From Gammaproteobacteria bacterium (GTDB lineage: Bacteria; Pseudomonadota; Gammaproteobacteria; G965277405), in NCBI GenBank assembly GCA_965277405.1, contig OZ255726.1:1280001-1344000 (forward strand): 64,000 nt of DNA. The letters are read 5' to 3'. The notes beneath the pieces were generated by a model. The model was not told where the DNA came from and did no database searches. It worked only from the letters and a program-made list of their open reading frames with translations. The position numbers and the translations under genes were made by a program. Shown one piece after another: positions 10,238-20,292 of the stretch; the first letter of the stretch is position 1; every line of letters begins with the position of its first letter.

Positions 10238-11026
10238 ATGGATGTTTTACAAACTATTGTTCAAGCAAAACATGCTGAAATTAAGCAAATACAACTAAAA
10301 AAGATTTTTTCAAACCCAATGCCGCGCGGTTTTTTTCAGCACATCACCGCAGCTATAGCTGCGCGAAAACCCGCAATCATAGCGGAAATAAAAAAAGCAT
10401 CTCCATCGGCTGGCATAATCAAAGAAAATATGAATGTTGCTGAAATTGCTATTGAATATGAGCTGAATGGAGCGACATGTCTATCAGTCCTTACTGATTC
10501 ACAGTTTTTTCAAGGGTCCCTTGAAAACATGAAAATAGCCCGTGCGACCACCCAACTGCCGGTGCTACGCAAGGATTTCATTATAGACCAAATACAAATT
10601 GAGCAATCTTGGCAGCTCGGCGCCGACTGCATATTGCTCATCGCTGCTATTCTCACAGATGCGCAAATTAAGCTATTTACCACAACCGCACTCGATTTTG
10701 GGCTTGATGTTTTGTTGGAAGTTCATACATCGGCTGAGCTAAACAGAGTGGAGCCAATCCTTGGTAGCCGTGTCCTGCTGGGAATCAATAACCGCAATCT
10801 AACGACATTTACAACCAATATTACAACGACAACAACGCTAATGGCGACCATAAATGCCAATCACCCTGCAAAGAGATTCATTGTTACTGAAAGTGGAATT
10901 CGCAGTGCCACAGATGTTGAGTTTTTTATCAACAACAACGTGTATGGGTTTCTTATTGGTGAATCACTGATGCGCAGCCCTTCCCCTGGAGGTGAATTGC
11001 GCAAGCTTTTCTTAGGGAAGCTCTGA
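10238..11026 (+). CDS. trpC: Indole-3-glycerol phosphate synthase
   Basis: IIAEIKKASPSAG, CLSVLTD, LPVLRKDF, GINNRNL, TESGI, LIGESLM. The stop codon lies inside the adjacent IS end. Confidence 0.96.
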   Translation: MDVLQTIVQAKHAEIKQIQLKKIFSNPMPRGFFQHITAAIAARKPAIIAEIKKASPSAGIIKENMNVAEIAIEYELNGATCLSVLTDSQFFQGSLENMKIARATTQLPVLRKDFIIDQIQIEQSWQLGADCILLIAAILTDAQIKLFTTTALDFGLDVLLEVHTSAELNRVEPILGSRVLLGINNRNLTTFTTNITTTTTLMATINANHPAKRFIVTESGIRSATDVEFFINNNVYGFLIGESLMRSPSPGGELRKLFLGKL

Positions 11027-11853
11027 TTAAGACTCGCATATACTCCAATAACTCTCATATACTCCAAGAACTCGCATACACTCCAAGAAAGCAATAACAA
11101 TAATTTTCAATGGTCAATATTTGACCATTTCGCTGATCTTTTGTTGCTGTTTTACTGTTTTTTATTGTTTTTCTTGAATTTTGGGCGGTTCTATCCTGTT
11201 AGTCGTCCGCGCAGCATGTATAAGTTCGTCAATGCAAGCAAAGAAAATACTTGTACTCGATTCTTTGCTAGTCCTTTGTAGCGAGCTTTCTGATAACCAA
11301 ACTGACATTTGATTACGCGAAAACAGTGCTCAATCCGTGCGCACCTTAGAGTTCTGTGTATTGCGTTGGCGCGGCGCTCATTGGCTGCTGTGGTTTACGT
11401 TTATCATTCACGCGCCAATCTATGCCAAGGTGACGCGAGCCGCGTTTATAACTGTCGCTCGTATATCCTGCATCGGCAAAGATAACCTTATCTGTTTCAC
11501 GCAGCAATTTGGGGAGTTCATTGATGTCAGCTGCATTCGCGGCTGTCACTGTCGCGCTATGAACCATATAAGACCATTGTATTAACATGTACACGGAGCA
11601 GCGTTTGCAGCGGATATTGTGGTCGACCGCCTGTTGTGCGCAGTTTTAGTATAGTGTTTAGCGATAACTTCACCTAACTGCTGCCATGGAATAACAACTG
11701 CTAATTTCTCAAGAAGTATTTCTGTACGGGTTTTAGTTGCTGATGTGCGTATTCCAACTCAGCAAACGTCATTTGCTGTATATCAATTCTCAAAAACAAT
11801 AGTTAGAGCATTATGGTAAATTAGTTGGGTTTTTTTGGTTTTTCAGAGATGCC
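11016..11853 (-). mobile_element. Decayed, internally deleted IS5-subgroup element with transposase pseudogene
   Basis: Ends GGAAGCTCTGATTAA (11016) and TTTTTCAGAGATGCC (11853), flanked by TTAG and CTAG. Frameshifted fragments MTFAELEY, VIPW, GRPQYPLQTLLRVH, then VIFADAGY and [22 protein letters not shown]. Confidence 0.9.
11032..11088. repeat. Three 19-bp tandem repeats (ACTCgCATATACTCCAAgA) inside the IS end
   Basis: Directly visible. Only two units are present in the sister IS at about 13616-13653. Confidence 0.85.
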
Positions 11854-12096
11854 CTAGTAGAGTTTAGCTGTACTTGTATATTATTGCTTGAATCTTTTTC
11901 GTATTTTAAAATATTGTCGGCATCCTTTTTCAGCCTGAATCGCAACATTTAATTTATAAAAAATTCATTTTTAATTCATTTATTTTGTGTTTGCGCATAT
12001 TTTTATAATAGTAAATATTTGACAATATTTTGTATTTTACCTGAATTTATACACAATATAGTGTAATATATTATTTTATCACTTATGGAGTTTATA

Positions 12097-13332
12097 ATGT
12101 TTATCATACAAAATAAATTTAGTCTGGCGACAATAATCGCTGTTGCATTGTTGCTTACTGGGACCGCTTCTTTAGCCGCCAACGACGCAATTACACTGGG
12201 CCCCCGCCCTGCTTTTCTTATTGACCAAATGAGAACAAGCCCGCTCAAGGAAAAACTCCTCGCCTGCGCCAGTAGCCCAGTCAAGCGTACATTATTCTCG
12301 ATTGGGCACCGCGGCGCATCACTGATGTTTCCAGAACATACAGAACAGTCCTACCGGGCAGCAGCTTCCATGGGCGCGGGGATAATTGAGTGCGATGTTG
12401 CATTCACTGCCGATAAAGAGCTTGTATGTCGCCATTCACATAGCGACCTGCAGACAACGACAAACATTCTGCTAACTCCACTCGCAGATACTTGCGTAAA
12501 GCCGTTCGTTGCTGCATCAGCCACGACAAAAGCCTCTGCAGAATGCCGTACCAACGATATTACTTTAGCTGAGTTCAGTTCGCTTAAGGGTAAGATGGAC
12601 TCTGCGAATGTCGCTGCAACAACTGCAGCAGACTACATGAATGGCACAGCGGGTTGGCGGACAAACCTCTACGCCACCAGTGCTGGCAAGTTGATGACCC
12701 ATGCAGAGTCAATCGAACTTTTCAAATCACTCGGCGTAAAGTTCACTCCAGAACTTAAAACACCAACTGTCAATATGCCAATGGATGGTTTCAGTCAGCA
12801 AGATTTTGCACAAAAAATGATCGATGAGTACAAAGCTGCTGGAGTTCCACCCGCCGATGTCTGGGCACAGTCTTTCCGTCTTGAAGATGTTCTCTACTGG
12901 ATCAACAACGAACCGGAGTTTGGTAAGCAAGCTGTTTATCTTGACGGCCGCTATGACATTGAGGGTTTTGACCCAATGAAGCCTGAAACTTTTGAGCCTT
13001 CGATGGGCGAACTTAAAAACATGGGCGTCAACTACATTGCACCACCAATCTGGGTATTGATCACTACTGCTGATGGCAAAATTATACCATCAACCTATGC
13101 CAAAGAAGCGCATGCAGCTGGTCTCAAAATCATTAGCTGGTCGCTTGAGCGCTCGGGTCCAATGGGCAGCGGTGGCGGCTGGTACTACCAGTCAGTCAAC
13201 GATGAGATCAATTCAGACGGAATGATTTTTGAGGTACTTGATGTTCTAGCACAAGGCGCCAAAATCGACGGTATGTTCTCTGATTGGCCGGCAACAGTTA
13301 GCTATTACGCAAGCTGCATGGGGCTAAAATAA
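12097..13332 (+). CDS. Periplasmic glycerophosphodiester phosphodiesterase (GDPD family)
   Basis: Signal peptide, [43 protein letters not shown] 12097 has SD GGAG. Confidence 0.9.
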   Translation: MFIIQNKFSLATIIAVALLLTGTASLAANDAITLGPRPAFLIDQMRTSPLKEKLLACASSPVKRTLFSIGHRGASLMFPEHTEQSYRAAASMGAGIIECDVAFTADKELVCRHSHSDLQTTTNILLTPLADTCVKPFVAASATTKASAECRTNDITLAEFSSLKGKMDSANVAATTAADYMNGTAGWRTNLYATSAGKLMTHAESIELFKSLGVKFTPELKTPTVNMPMDGFSQQDFAQKMIDEYKAAGVPPADVWAQSFRLEDVLYWINNEPEFGKQAVYLDGRYDIEGFDPMKPETFEPSMGELKNMGVNYIAPPIWVLITTADGKIIPSTYAKEAHAAGLKIISWSLERSGPMGSGGGWYYQSVNDEINSDGMIFEVLDVLAQGAKIDGMFSDWPATVSYYASCMGLK

Positions 13333-13363
13333 CGACAAAAAGTCGCCACAATAGGAGTGACTA

Positions 13364-13595
13364 GAGTCTGGACTCATTGTTTGATACTAATACAATGAGC
13401 GTATCAGTCATAGCGTATTGCGAATGTATGCTTAATAAGAGTTTCACGATAGTTGGTTGTCATAAGCAGACGAACTAGTCGCTCCTAATCGTCACGGATC
13501 ACGTGCACATTGCGTTTAACCCTCTGCCCTTTTGCCAGCAGTTCACCTTGCCTAGCATCGGCATTTTGATCGACTGTGTGGGTTCAACTCGATAA
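13364..13595 (-). mobile_element. Highly degraded IS5-family (IS427-like) remnant
   Basis: End sequence TA|GAGTCTGGACTCATTG. Minus-strand fragments VHVIRDD*ERLVRLLMT and AIRYD*YAH resemble the LHAVCD..GRP.RL and ATRYDR.A motifs. Truncated by the next IS. Confidence 0.5.
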
Positions 13596-13599
13596 TTAG

Positions 13600-14846
13600 G
13601 GAAGCTCTGATTAAGACTCGCATATACTCCAAGAACTCTCATATACTCCAAAAAAGTAATAGCAATAATTTTCAATGGTCAATATTTGACCATTTCGCTG
13701 ATCTTCTGTTGCTGTTTTACTGTTTTTTACTGTTTTTTACTGTTTTTTACTGTTTTTCTTGAATTTTGGGCGGTTGTATCCTGTTAGCTGTCCGCGCAGC
13801 ATGTATAAGTTCGTCAATGCAAGCAAAGAAAATACTTGTACTCGGTTCTTTTCTAGTCCTTTGTAGCGAGCTTGCTGATAACCAAACTGACATTTGATTA
13901 CCCGAAAACAGTGCTCAATCCGGGCGCGCATTAGAGTTCTGTGTATTGCGTTGGCGCTGCGAGCCGCTCATTTGCTGCTTTGGTTTACGTTTATCATTCA
14001 CGCGCCAATCTATCCCAAGGTGACGCGAGCCGCGTTTATAACTGTCGCTCGTATATCCTGCATCGGCAAAGATAACCTTATCTGTTTCACGCAGCAATTT
14101 GGGGAGTTCATTGATGTCAGCTTCATTCGCGGCTGTGGTGGTAGGCCGCGGCTGTGGTGGTAGGCATTGCCGCGCTATGAATCATATTGCTATTAGCGTC
14201 AGTTCCTATATGAATCTTCATGCCAAAATACCACTGATTGCCTTTGCGGGTTTGATGCATTTCAGGATCCCGTTTTTTCTCTTTAATTCTGCGTAGACGA
14301 CGGTGCATTGATGACCGTGGCAGCAACCATCGACCCTTGTGAGATTATTATATTATTTTCCATACAATACTCATTCACCACAGCAAGTATCTTGATGCTG
14401 AGTTGATGTTTTTCTATGATCCTGCGGGCAAGTTCAAGATGGTGGTTTCATCAGGGATGGCATCGTCTATCAGCTCTATCTGGGCAAAACGCCGCATGCT
14501 TTCCATGTCTACAGTGCTTCTGCTACCCCTGGGTCTGATAAGTTGTACCATTGCTGTAAAAAATAAACGCGTAACATGGTCTGCATATTAATTGGTGGGC
14601 GACCATTCCCTTTCTTGGGATAATGCGGTTCTATTAACGCTAACAACCGTTGCCATGGAGCTAATTTGTCCATTAACTGCAAGAATTTTTTTTGGTTTCA
14701 TTGTTACTTTCTTGTGGTCGTATGCAGCACTGGCAAAAGTTGTTTGTTTCATAAGATTATCCGCTTATTCAAATATTCAAATAGATTCACCATTGTATAT
14801 CTTTGTAGCTGATATTGCTGTTGTTTGGGACTTAATCAGAGATTCC
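13600..14846 (-). mobile_element. Near full-length IS5-subgroup element with frameshifted transposase pseudogene
   Basis: IRs GGAAGCTCTGATTAAG / CTTAATCAGAGATTCC, TTAG on both sides. Fragments [73 protein letters not shown]. Confidence 0.93.
13713..13757. repeat. 10-bp tandem repeat (TGTTTTTTAC), about 4 copies
   Basis: Directly visible. The sister IS has fewer units at about 11147-11172. Confidence 0.8.
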
Positions 14847-14850
14847 TTAG

Positions 14851-15146
14851 GGAAGCTCTGATTAAGTCCATGACGGGGGAGACGGAGAAAAAACGCTGAT
14901 GAAACTTAAGCGCAGTGCGCAGTTTACACTGGTGGGTTGGGGGTATTGCCAAGTGCTGCAACGACGCAGCGCAGCGTTTTTTCCGTCCCTCTATATGAAT
15001 TTACTTTGGGTTTGCGGCAATTGCTTACGCTGGCTGTGTTGCCTCCCTTGGCGTATATGCTAGGTCATGCGCGCAGCGGTTTGCGCCTTGCAATTATCAG
15101 CAATTGCAGGCAAACTCGCTCCATCAGCGAGTTAATCAGAGCTTCC
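14851..15146 (-). mobile_element. IS5-end MITE, full-length copy in reverse orientation
   Basis: Starts immediately after the TTAG that closes the IS. It is the reverse-complement homolog of 2597-2883. Confidence 0.9.
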
Positions 15147-15197
15147 CTAAACTAAGGTATTTTGTTGTTAAAAAATGACTGATCAACGCTATTTGAG

Positions 15198-15977
15198 ATG
15201 ACAGAACGGATGTTGCGAGGAAAGACCGCCTTGGTGACTGGCTCGACCAGCGGTATTGGGCAAGGTATTGCTGCAGCACTAGCAGCACAAGGGGCGAACA
15301 TCGTGCTCAACGGTTTTGGCGACGCACGCGTCATTAACAAGCTACAAACGCGGCTTGCTGCTACGCACAGGGTGACTGTGGACTATGATGAAAGCAACAT
15401 GTCTAGCCCAGCAGAGATTACCACCATGGTCCAATGCCGTGACATTGATATTCTGGTCAACAATGCTGGCATCCAGTTCATAGCGCCGCTTGAGGAATTC
15501 CCTAACGAGCGCTGGGATGCTATCATCGCCATCAATCTCTCTGCGGCTTTTCATGCTACCAAGGCAGCGCTGCCGACCATGCGCAACAAGGGCTGGGGAC
15601 GCATCATCAACATCGCTTCGGCACACGGTCTCTCAGCCTCGGTTAATAAATCGGCGTATGTAGCTGCTAAACACGGCATAATTGGTCTGACCAAGGTGAC
15701 GGCGCTGGAAACCGGCGGCAGCGGTATTACCTGCAACGCAATCTGCCCAGGATGGGTGCTGACGCCTATAGTAAAAAAGCAAATCAAAGCTCGCGCCGCG
15801 GAGTCAGGCGCGAGCTACGAGGATGAAAAGCTGGCATTGGTTGCAGAAAAAACGCCGTCAAAGGACTTCTCGACGCCCGAGCAGATCGGTGGTCTGGCGG
15901 TTTTCCTCTGTTCACCTTTTGCCAAGCAGATCACAGGCGCGCCGCTTTCCATCGACGGCGGCTGGATGGCCCAGTAG
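15198..15977 (+). CDS. bdhA: D-3-hydroxybutyrate dehydrogenase (SDR)
   Basis: TGSTSGIG, LVNNAGIQ, IINIASAHGL.AS.NKSAYVAAKHG, NAICPGWVLTP, DGGW.AQ. Confidence 0.92.
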   Translation: MTERMLRGKTALVTGSTSGIGQGIAAALAAQGANIVLNGFGDARVINKLQTRLAATHRVTVDYDESNMSSPAEITTMVQCRDIDILVNNAGIQFIAPLEEFPNERWDAIIAINLSAAFHATKAALPTMRNKGWGRIINIASAHGLSASVNKSAYVAAKHGIIGLTKVTALETGGSGITCNAICPGWVLTPIVKKQIKARAAESGASYEDEKLALVAEKTPSKDFSTPEQIGGLAVFLCSPFAKQITGAPLSIDGGWMAQ

Positions 15978-16047
15978 GGTTTTTCGTTTTGCAACCATCA
16001 GCAATTGCCAGAAAACTCGCTCCATCAGCGAGTTAATCAGAGCTTCC
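15978..16047 (-). mobile_element. Partial MITE (one end, about 70 bp)
   Basis: Matches 15078-15146, including the variant CAGCGAGTTAATCAGAGCTTCC. Followed by TTAG. Confidence 0.85.
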
Positions 16048-16060
16048 TTAGGTTTGCTGA

Positions 16061-17665
16061 TTATTTTTTTGCAGATTCCTTAATCATTACGGCGGCTTTT
16101 TCCGCAATCATGATGGTTGGGGAGTTGGTGTTACCAGAAATGATGGTTGGCATGATTGAGGCATCGGCAATACGCAGTCCTGTCAGGCCGCGCAGGCGCA
16201 GTTGCGGGTCGACGACGGCATGCGCGTCTATTCCCATGCGACACGTCCCCACGGGATGATAAATCGTGGTGCCAATTTTGCCACTTGCTCGAATCAAATC
16301 GTCTTCGCTCTGATATAATAGCCCGGGTTGGAATTCTTCTGGTTGGTAAGCCGCAAGGGCTGGTTGGCTGATGATCTTGCGGGTCAGCAAAATGGCAGCA
16401 ACCGCCACACGTTTATCTGCATCTGCCGCAAGATAATTAGGCGCGATGGCGGGTTGTTGTTGAAAATCTGGGGAGGTAATGTGGATTGAACCACGGCTTT
16501 GCGGGCGCAAATTGCACACGCTGGCAGTAAATGCAGGGAAGGGATGGACAGGGTCACCAAATTTTTCCAGTGATAGCGGTTGCACGTGATACTGCAGGTT
16601 TGGGGTTGCAAAAGACGCATCTGATTTTGTAAAAACACCAAGCTGGCTGGGGGCCATCGCCATCGGTCCAGACTGGTTGAATAGATATTCTAGGGCCATT
16701 CTTCCCTTGCCGATCAAGCTACTGGCCTGTTCATTCAGCGTCTTGATGCCACTGACCCGAAACGCGCAGCGCAATTGCAGATGGTCCTGTAGGTTTTCGC
16801 CGACATCTCGGCTTTCAAGAACAATATCGATACCTGCTTGTTGCAGGACATCACCGCGACCGATTCCTGACAGTTCCAAAATATGTGGTGAGCCAACAGC
16901 ACCTGCTGACAAAATGATTTCGCGGCGTGCTGTGACGGTTGCGATACTCCCGTTGCGTTCATATTCAACGCCAGTAACATGACCGTTTTCAATGACTAGG
17001 CGCCTAACCTGTGCATGGGTCTGCAATTCAAGGTTTTTTCGAGTTAACGCCTGTTTGAGGAATGCCTTTGACGTGTTCCAGCGAATACCGCGTTTCTGGT
17101 TGACATCAAAATAAGCTGAACCCTCGTTATTACCGCGATTGAAATCTTCCACCTTGGGGATGCCAGCCTGTTGGGCGGCACGCTGAAATGCGTCAAGGAT
17201 ATTCCAGCGCACCCGCGCCCGTTCCACCCGCCATGGACCGCCCGCGCCATGCCAATCATTGTTACCGTCAAAGTAATGTTCGGATTTGATGAACATTGGC
17301 AAAACATCGTCCCAGCCCCAACCCTCACACCCTAACTGTTGCCATTGGTCATAATTCGCAGCCTGACCACGCATGTAGATCATCCCGTTGATCGAGGAGC
17401 TGCCGCCCAGCACCCGACCGCGAGGATAGGAAATAGTCCGCCCGTTCAGCCCCGGCTCTGCCTCGGTGTGGAAACACCAATCGACATTTGGATTACCGAT
17501 GCAATACAAATAACCTATGGGAATGTGGATCCAGGGGTTAGTATCTTTGCCGCCAGCCTCCAACAGCAGGATGGTGGCGCCTGCAATTTCTGACAGGCGA
17601 TTGGCAAGGGTACACCCCGCCGAACCTGCTCCGATAATAACATAGTCGAACTGCTGCACGATCAA
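16061..17665 (-). CDS. GMC-family FAD oxidoreductase (choline dehydrogenase-like)
   Basis: DYVIIGAGSAGC, RGRVLGGSSSINGMIYMRG, GENLQDHLQ, YHPVGTCRMG, SGNTNSPTIMIAEK. Start is TTG 17665 or GTG 17659. Confidence 0.92.
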   Translation of the reverse strand: MIVQQFDYVIIGAGSAGCTLANRLSEIAGATILLLEAGGKDTNPWIHIPIGYLYCIGNPNVDWCFHTEAEPGLNGRTISYPRGRVLGGSSSINGMIYMRGQAANYDQWQQLGCEGWGWDDVLPMFIKSEHYFDGNNDWHGAGGPWRVERARVRWNILDAFQRAAQQAGIPKVEDFNRGNNEGSAYFDVNQKRGIRWNTSKAFLKQALTRKNLELQTHAQVRRLVIENGHVTGVEYERNGSIATVTARREIILSAGAVGSPHILELSGIGRGDVLQQAGIDIVLESRDVGENLQDHLQLRCAFRVSGIKTLNEQASSLIGKGRMALEYLFNQSGPMAMAPSQLGVFTKSDASFATPNLQYHVQPLSLEKFGDPVHPFPAFTASVCNLRPQSRGSIHITSPDFQQQPAIAPNYLAADADKRVAVAAILLTRKIISQPALAAYQPEEFQPGLLYQSEDDLIRASGKIGTTIYHPVGTCRMGIDAHAVVDPQLRLRGLTGLRIADASIMPTIISGNTNSPTIMIAEKAAVMIKESAKK

Positions 17666-17674
17666 GCTGGCTTG

Positions 17675-18679
17675 CTAGTCTCGCGACCGCAGCCGCAGCC
17701 GCAGCCGCAGCCGCAGCTTCGACGCAAGTTTGGATGCATTGAATTCCCCGACAACCCCACGACGGAATAATAAGACGCATACTATGAAAATAACCCCCGT
17801 CAAAACCGTGACTGGGAACCCGGTCGTAGACAAATAATTCTGTATGGTTACAACAAAAGCCGCCCCAAAAATCGGACCAAAAATAGTGCCAATCCCGCCC
17901 AACAGCGTCATCAGGATCACTTCGCCAGACATTTGCCAAGCAACATCTGTCAGGGTAGCAAACTGGAATACCATGGCCTTAAGCCCGCCAGCAAGCCCTG
18001 TTATTGCAGCTGACATAACAAATGCTGCCAGTTTGTAAAGATGTACCGAATACCCAAGCGAAATCGCGCGGCTTTCGTTGTCGCGGATAGCCCGTAAGAT
18101 CATCCCGAACGGCGAATGTACGACCCTCCATACCGCAAACACCCCAACAACAAATACCGCCAGAACAAAGAAATACATGTTTAGCGGGTCGTTCAGGTCG
18201 ATAAATCCGAGTAGATGACCGCGGGGAATCCCTTGCAACCCGTCTTCGCCCTTAGTAAAATCTACCTGCAGGCAGAAGAAAAAGAACATTTGCGCCAGCG
18301 CCAGCGTAATCATTGCAAAATAGATGCCCTGGCGACGAATGGCGAAAAATCCAATAACCAGCCCCATGCAAGCTGCCCCTACCACACCAAGCATAATACC
18401 TGCTGCTGGCGGCAAGCCCCATACCTTGACCGCGTGGGCGGTAAAATAGGCGGCTCCACCAAAAAAGGCGGCATGCCCAAACGACAGCAGACCAGTAAAA
18501 CCTAACAGCAGGTTGAACGCACTGGCAAACAAGGCAAAGCAGAGTACTTTCATCAGAAAGAACGGATACAGAACAAAGGGAGCCACGAGCAGCCCAATCA
18601 GCAAAACCGCGAGCAGGGCCAGCTGCAGCAATCCTGCTATGCGCTGGTTTGCTGCGGTTGCCATTGTTATTTTTTTCAT
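17675..18679 (-). CDS. Branched-chain amino acid-type ABC permease (LivM-like)
   Basis: NLLLGFTGLLSFGHAAFFG, GIYFAMITLA, LRAIRDNE.RA.SLGY, LLGGIGT..GPIFGA. Confidence 0.9.
   Translation of the reverse strand: MKKITMATAANQRIAGLLQLALLAVLLIGLLVAPFVLYPFFLMKVLCFALFASAFNLLLGFTGLLSFGHAAFFGGAAYFTAHAVKVWGLPPAAGIMLGVVGAACMGLVIGFFAIRRQGIYFAMITLALAQMFFFFCLQVDFTKGEDGLQGIPRGHLLGFIDLNDPLNMYFFVLAVFVVGVFAVWRVVHSPFGMILRAIRDNESRAISLGYSVHLYKLAAFVMSAAITGLAGGLKAMVFQFATLTDVAWQMSGEVILMTLLGGIGTIFGPIFGAAFVVTIQNYLSTTGFPVTVLTGVIFIVCVLLFRRGVVGEFNASKLASKLRLRLRLRLRSRD
17687..17716. repeat. (CCGCAG)x5 hexamer repeat encoding the LRLRLRLRLR tail of the LivM-like permease
   Basis: Directly visible. Confidence 0.9.
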
Positions 18680-18680
18680 A

Positions 18681-19568
18681 TCACCCATCCCGACCAAACA
18701 GACCGGCAGGGCGGATCAACAGCACAATCGCCATAATTACAAAAATCACGATGTTTGATGCTTCGGGGTAGAATACCTTGGTCAACCCTTCGAGGATGCC
18801 AAGCATATACCCCGTCACAATCGCCCCCATGATCGACCCCATCCCCCCGACCACGACAATCGCAAACACCACAATAATCAAGTTCGACCCCATCAGCGGG
18901 CTGACCTGATAAATCGGGGCTGCCATAACCCCAGCCAATGCGGCCAGCCCGACACCAAGCCCGTAGGTCAGCGTCAGCAGCAACGGAACATTGACGCCAA
19001 ATGCTTGCACCAGCGTCGCATTTTCGGTAGCAGCTCGCAGATACGAGCCAAGCTTGGTTTTTTCGATCAACAGCCAGGTGCTGATGCAAATTATCAGCGA
19101 TGCAATAATCACCCAGCCGCGATAGATCGGTAGATACATGAAGCCGAGATTAACACCACCCTGGAGCAAGGCTGGCGGGGCATATGGCTGCCCTGAAGAC
19201 CCGTAAAAATAACGAAAGCCCCCTTCCATCACCAGCGCCAGACCAAAAGTGAACAGCAGTCCGTATAAATGATCAAGGTTGTAAAGGCGGCGCAGCGCGA
19301 AGCGTTCGATCACAATACCGCTGATGGCAACAATCACTGGGGCAACCAGTAGTGCTAGCCAGTAATTGATGCCAAGCCATGCCAGCAGGAGATAGCCGAC
19401 AAAAGCCCCCATCATGTATTGCGCGCCATGGGCGAAGTTGATCATGCGGAGTAGACCAAAAATTATCGCCAGACCAAGACTCAGCATGGCGTAAAATGAC
19501 CCGTTGATCAGCCCGATGAGCAGTTGACCAAGCAAGGTCTGGATTGGAATTCCAAACATCATTGTCAT
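18681..19568 (-). CDS. Branched-chain amino acid-type ABC permease (LivH-like)
   Basis: GSFYAMLSLGLAIIFG...INFAHG, TKLGSYLRAATEN, VVVGGMGSI.GA, RPAGLFG. Confidence 0.92.
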   Translation of the reverse strand: MTMMFGIPIQTLLGQLLIGLINGSFYAMLSLGLAIIFGLLRMINFAHGAQYMMGAFVGYLLLAWLGINYWLALLVAPVIVAISGIVIERFALRRLYNLDHLYGLLFTFGLALVMEGGFRYFYGSSGQPYAPPALLQGGVNLGFMYLPIYRGWVIIASLIICISTWLLIEKTKLGSYLRAATENATLVQAFGVNVPLLLTLTYGLGVGLAALAGVMAAPIYQVSPLMGSNLIIVVFAIVVVGGMGSIMGAIVTGYMLGILEGLTKVFYPEASNIVIFVIMAIVLLIRPAGLFGRDG

Positions 19569-19581
19569 AGGTTCATTAGAG

Positions 19582-20292
19582 TTACACTCCTAAAACTTCA
19601 TGCAGCACGTCTATCTTGTCGGGTAATTCGTTCACGTGAAAGCCGTTGGTCACCATTCCATGGTCCATCACATAGAACCAGTCGGCGATTTTACTGGCAA
19701 AGCGGAAATTCTGCTCGACTAGCAGAATGGTCATGCCGCGTTGTTTCAAGGTTTGCAACACCTTACTAATACGCTGGATAATAACCGGTGCCAGACCCTC
19801 GGTCGGCTCGTCTAACAGCAACATCTTGACGCCGGTGCGCAGCATGCGCGCAATGGCAAGCATCTGCTGCTCTCCGCCAGAAAGTTTTGATGCAGAACTG
19901 GTGCGCCGTTCCAGCAGGTTAGGAAAAAGCTCATATATTTCATCAACCGACATGCCGTTGTTGGAAACGACAGGCGGCAACATCAGGTTCTCCTCGACAC
20001 TTAGCGTTGCGAAAATACCGCGCTCTTCTGGCACGAAACCAATTCCAGTGCGTGCCGTATAATGGAGCGGTCTGTGCATAATGTTCGCTCCATCAAATTC
20101 GATTGTACCGGTGCGCTGGCGCACAATACCCATGATCGACCGCAGCGTGGTTGTTTTACCCATGCCATTACGCCCAAGGATGGTAACAGTTTCGCCTGCG
20201 CGAACGTCAAGGTCGACACCGTGGAGGACATGGCTTTCGTCGTACCACGCATTGAGTCCCCGTACCGCAAGGCGGATTTTTTTATCAGTCAT
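19582..20292 (-). CDS. ABC ATP-binding protein (LivF-like)
   Basis: Walker A GRNGMGKTT, signature LSGGEQQML, Walker B LLLDEPTEGLAP. Confidence 0.92.
   Translation of the reverse strand: MTDKKIRLAVRGLNAWYDESHVLHGVDLDVRAGETVTILGRNGMGKTTTLRSIMGIVRQRTGTIEFDGANIMHRPLHYTARTGIGFVPEERGIFATLSVEENLMLPPVVSNNGMSVDEIYELFPNLLERRTSSASKLSGGEQQMLAIARMLRTGVKMLLLDEPTEGLAPVIIQRISKVLQTLKQRGMTILLVEQNFRFASKIADWFYVMDHGMVTNGFHVNELPDKIDVLHEVLGV

Noticed and set aside
11032-11088. CRISPR-like repeats
   Set aside because: The units are directly adjacent with no spacers, lie inside an IS, and there are no cas genes.
12015-12075. Pho box upstream of the GDPD gene
   Set aside because: Only weak 11-bp periodicity in very AT-rich DNA, with no convincing CTGTCAT-type repeats.
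14937-15155. MITE-encoded peptide
   Set aside because: The frame is not preserved between copies (indels and a 23-bp duplication). Conservation follows base pairing rather than codons.
17687-17716. Phase-variation switch in the LivM-like gene
   Set aside because: The hexamer unit keeps the frame and lies at the extreme C-terminus, so it cannot switch the gene on or off.
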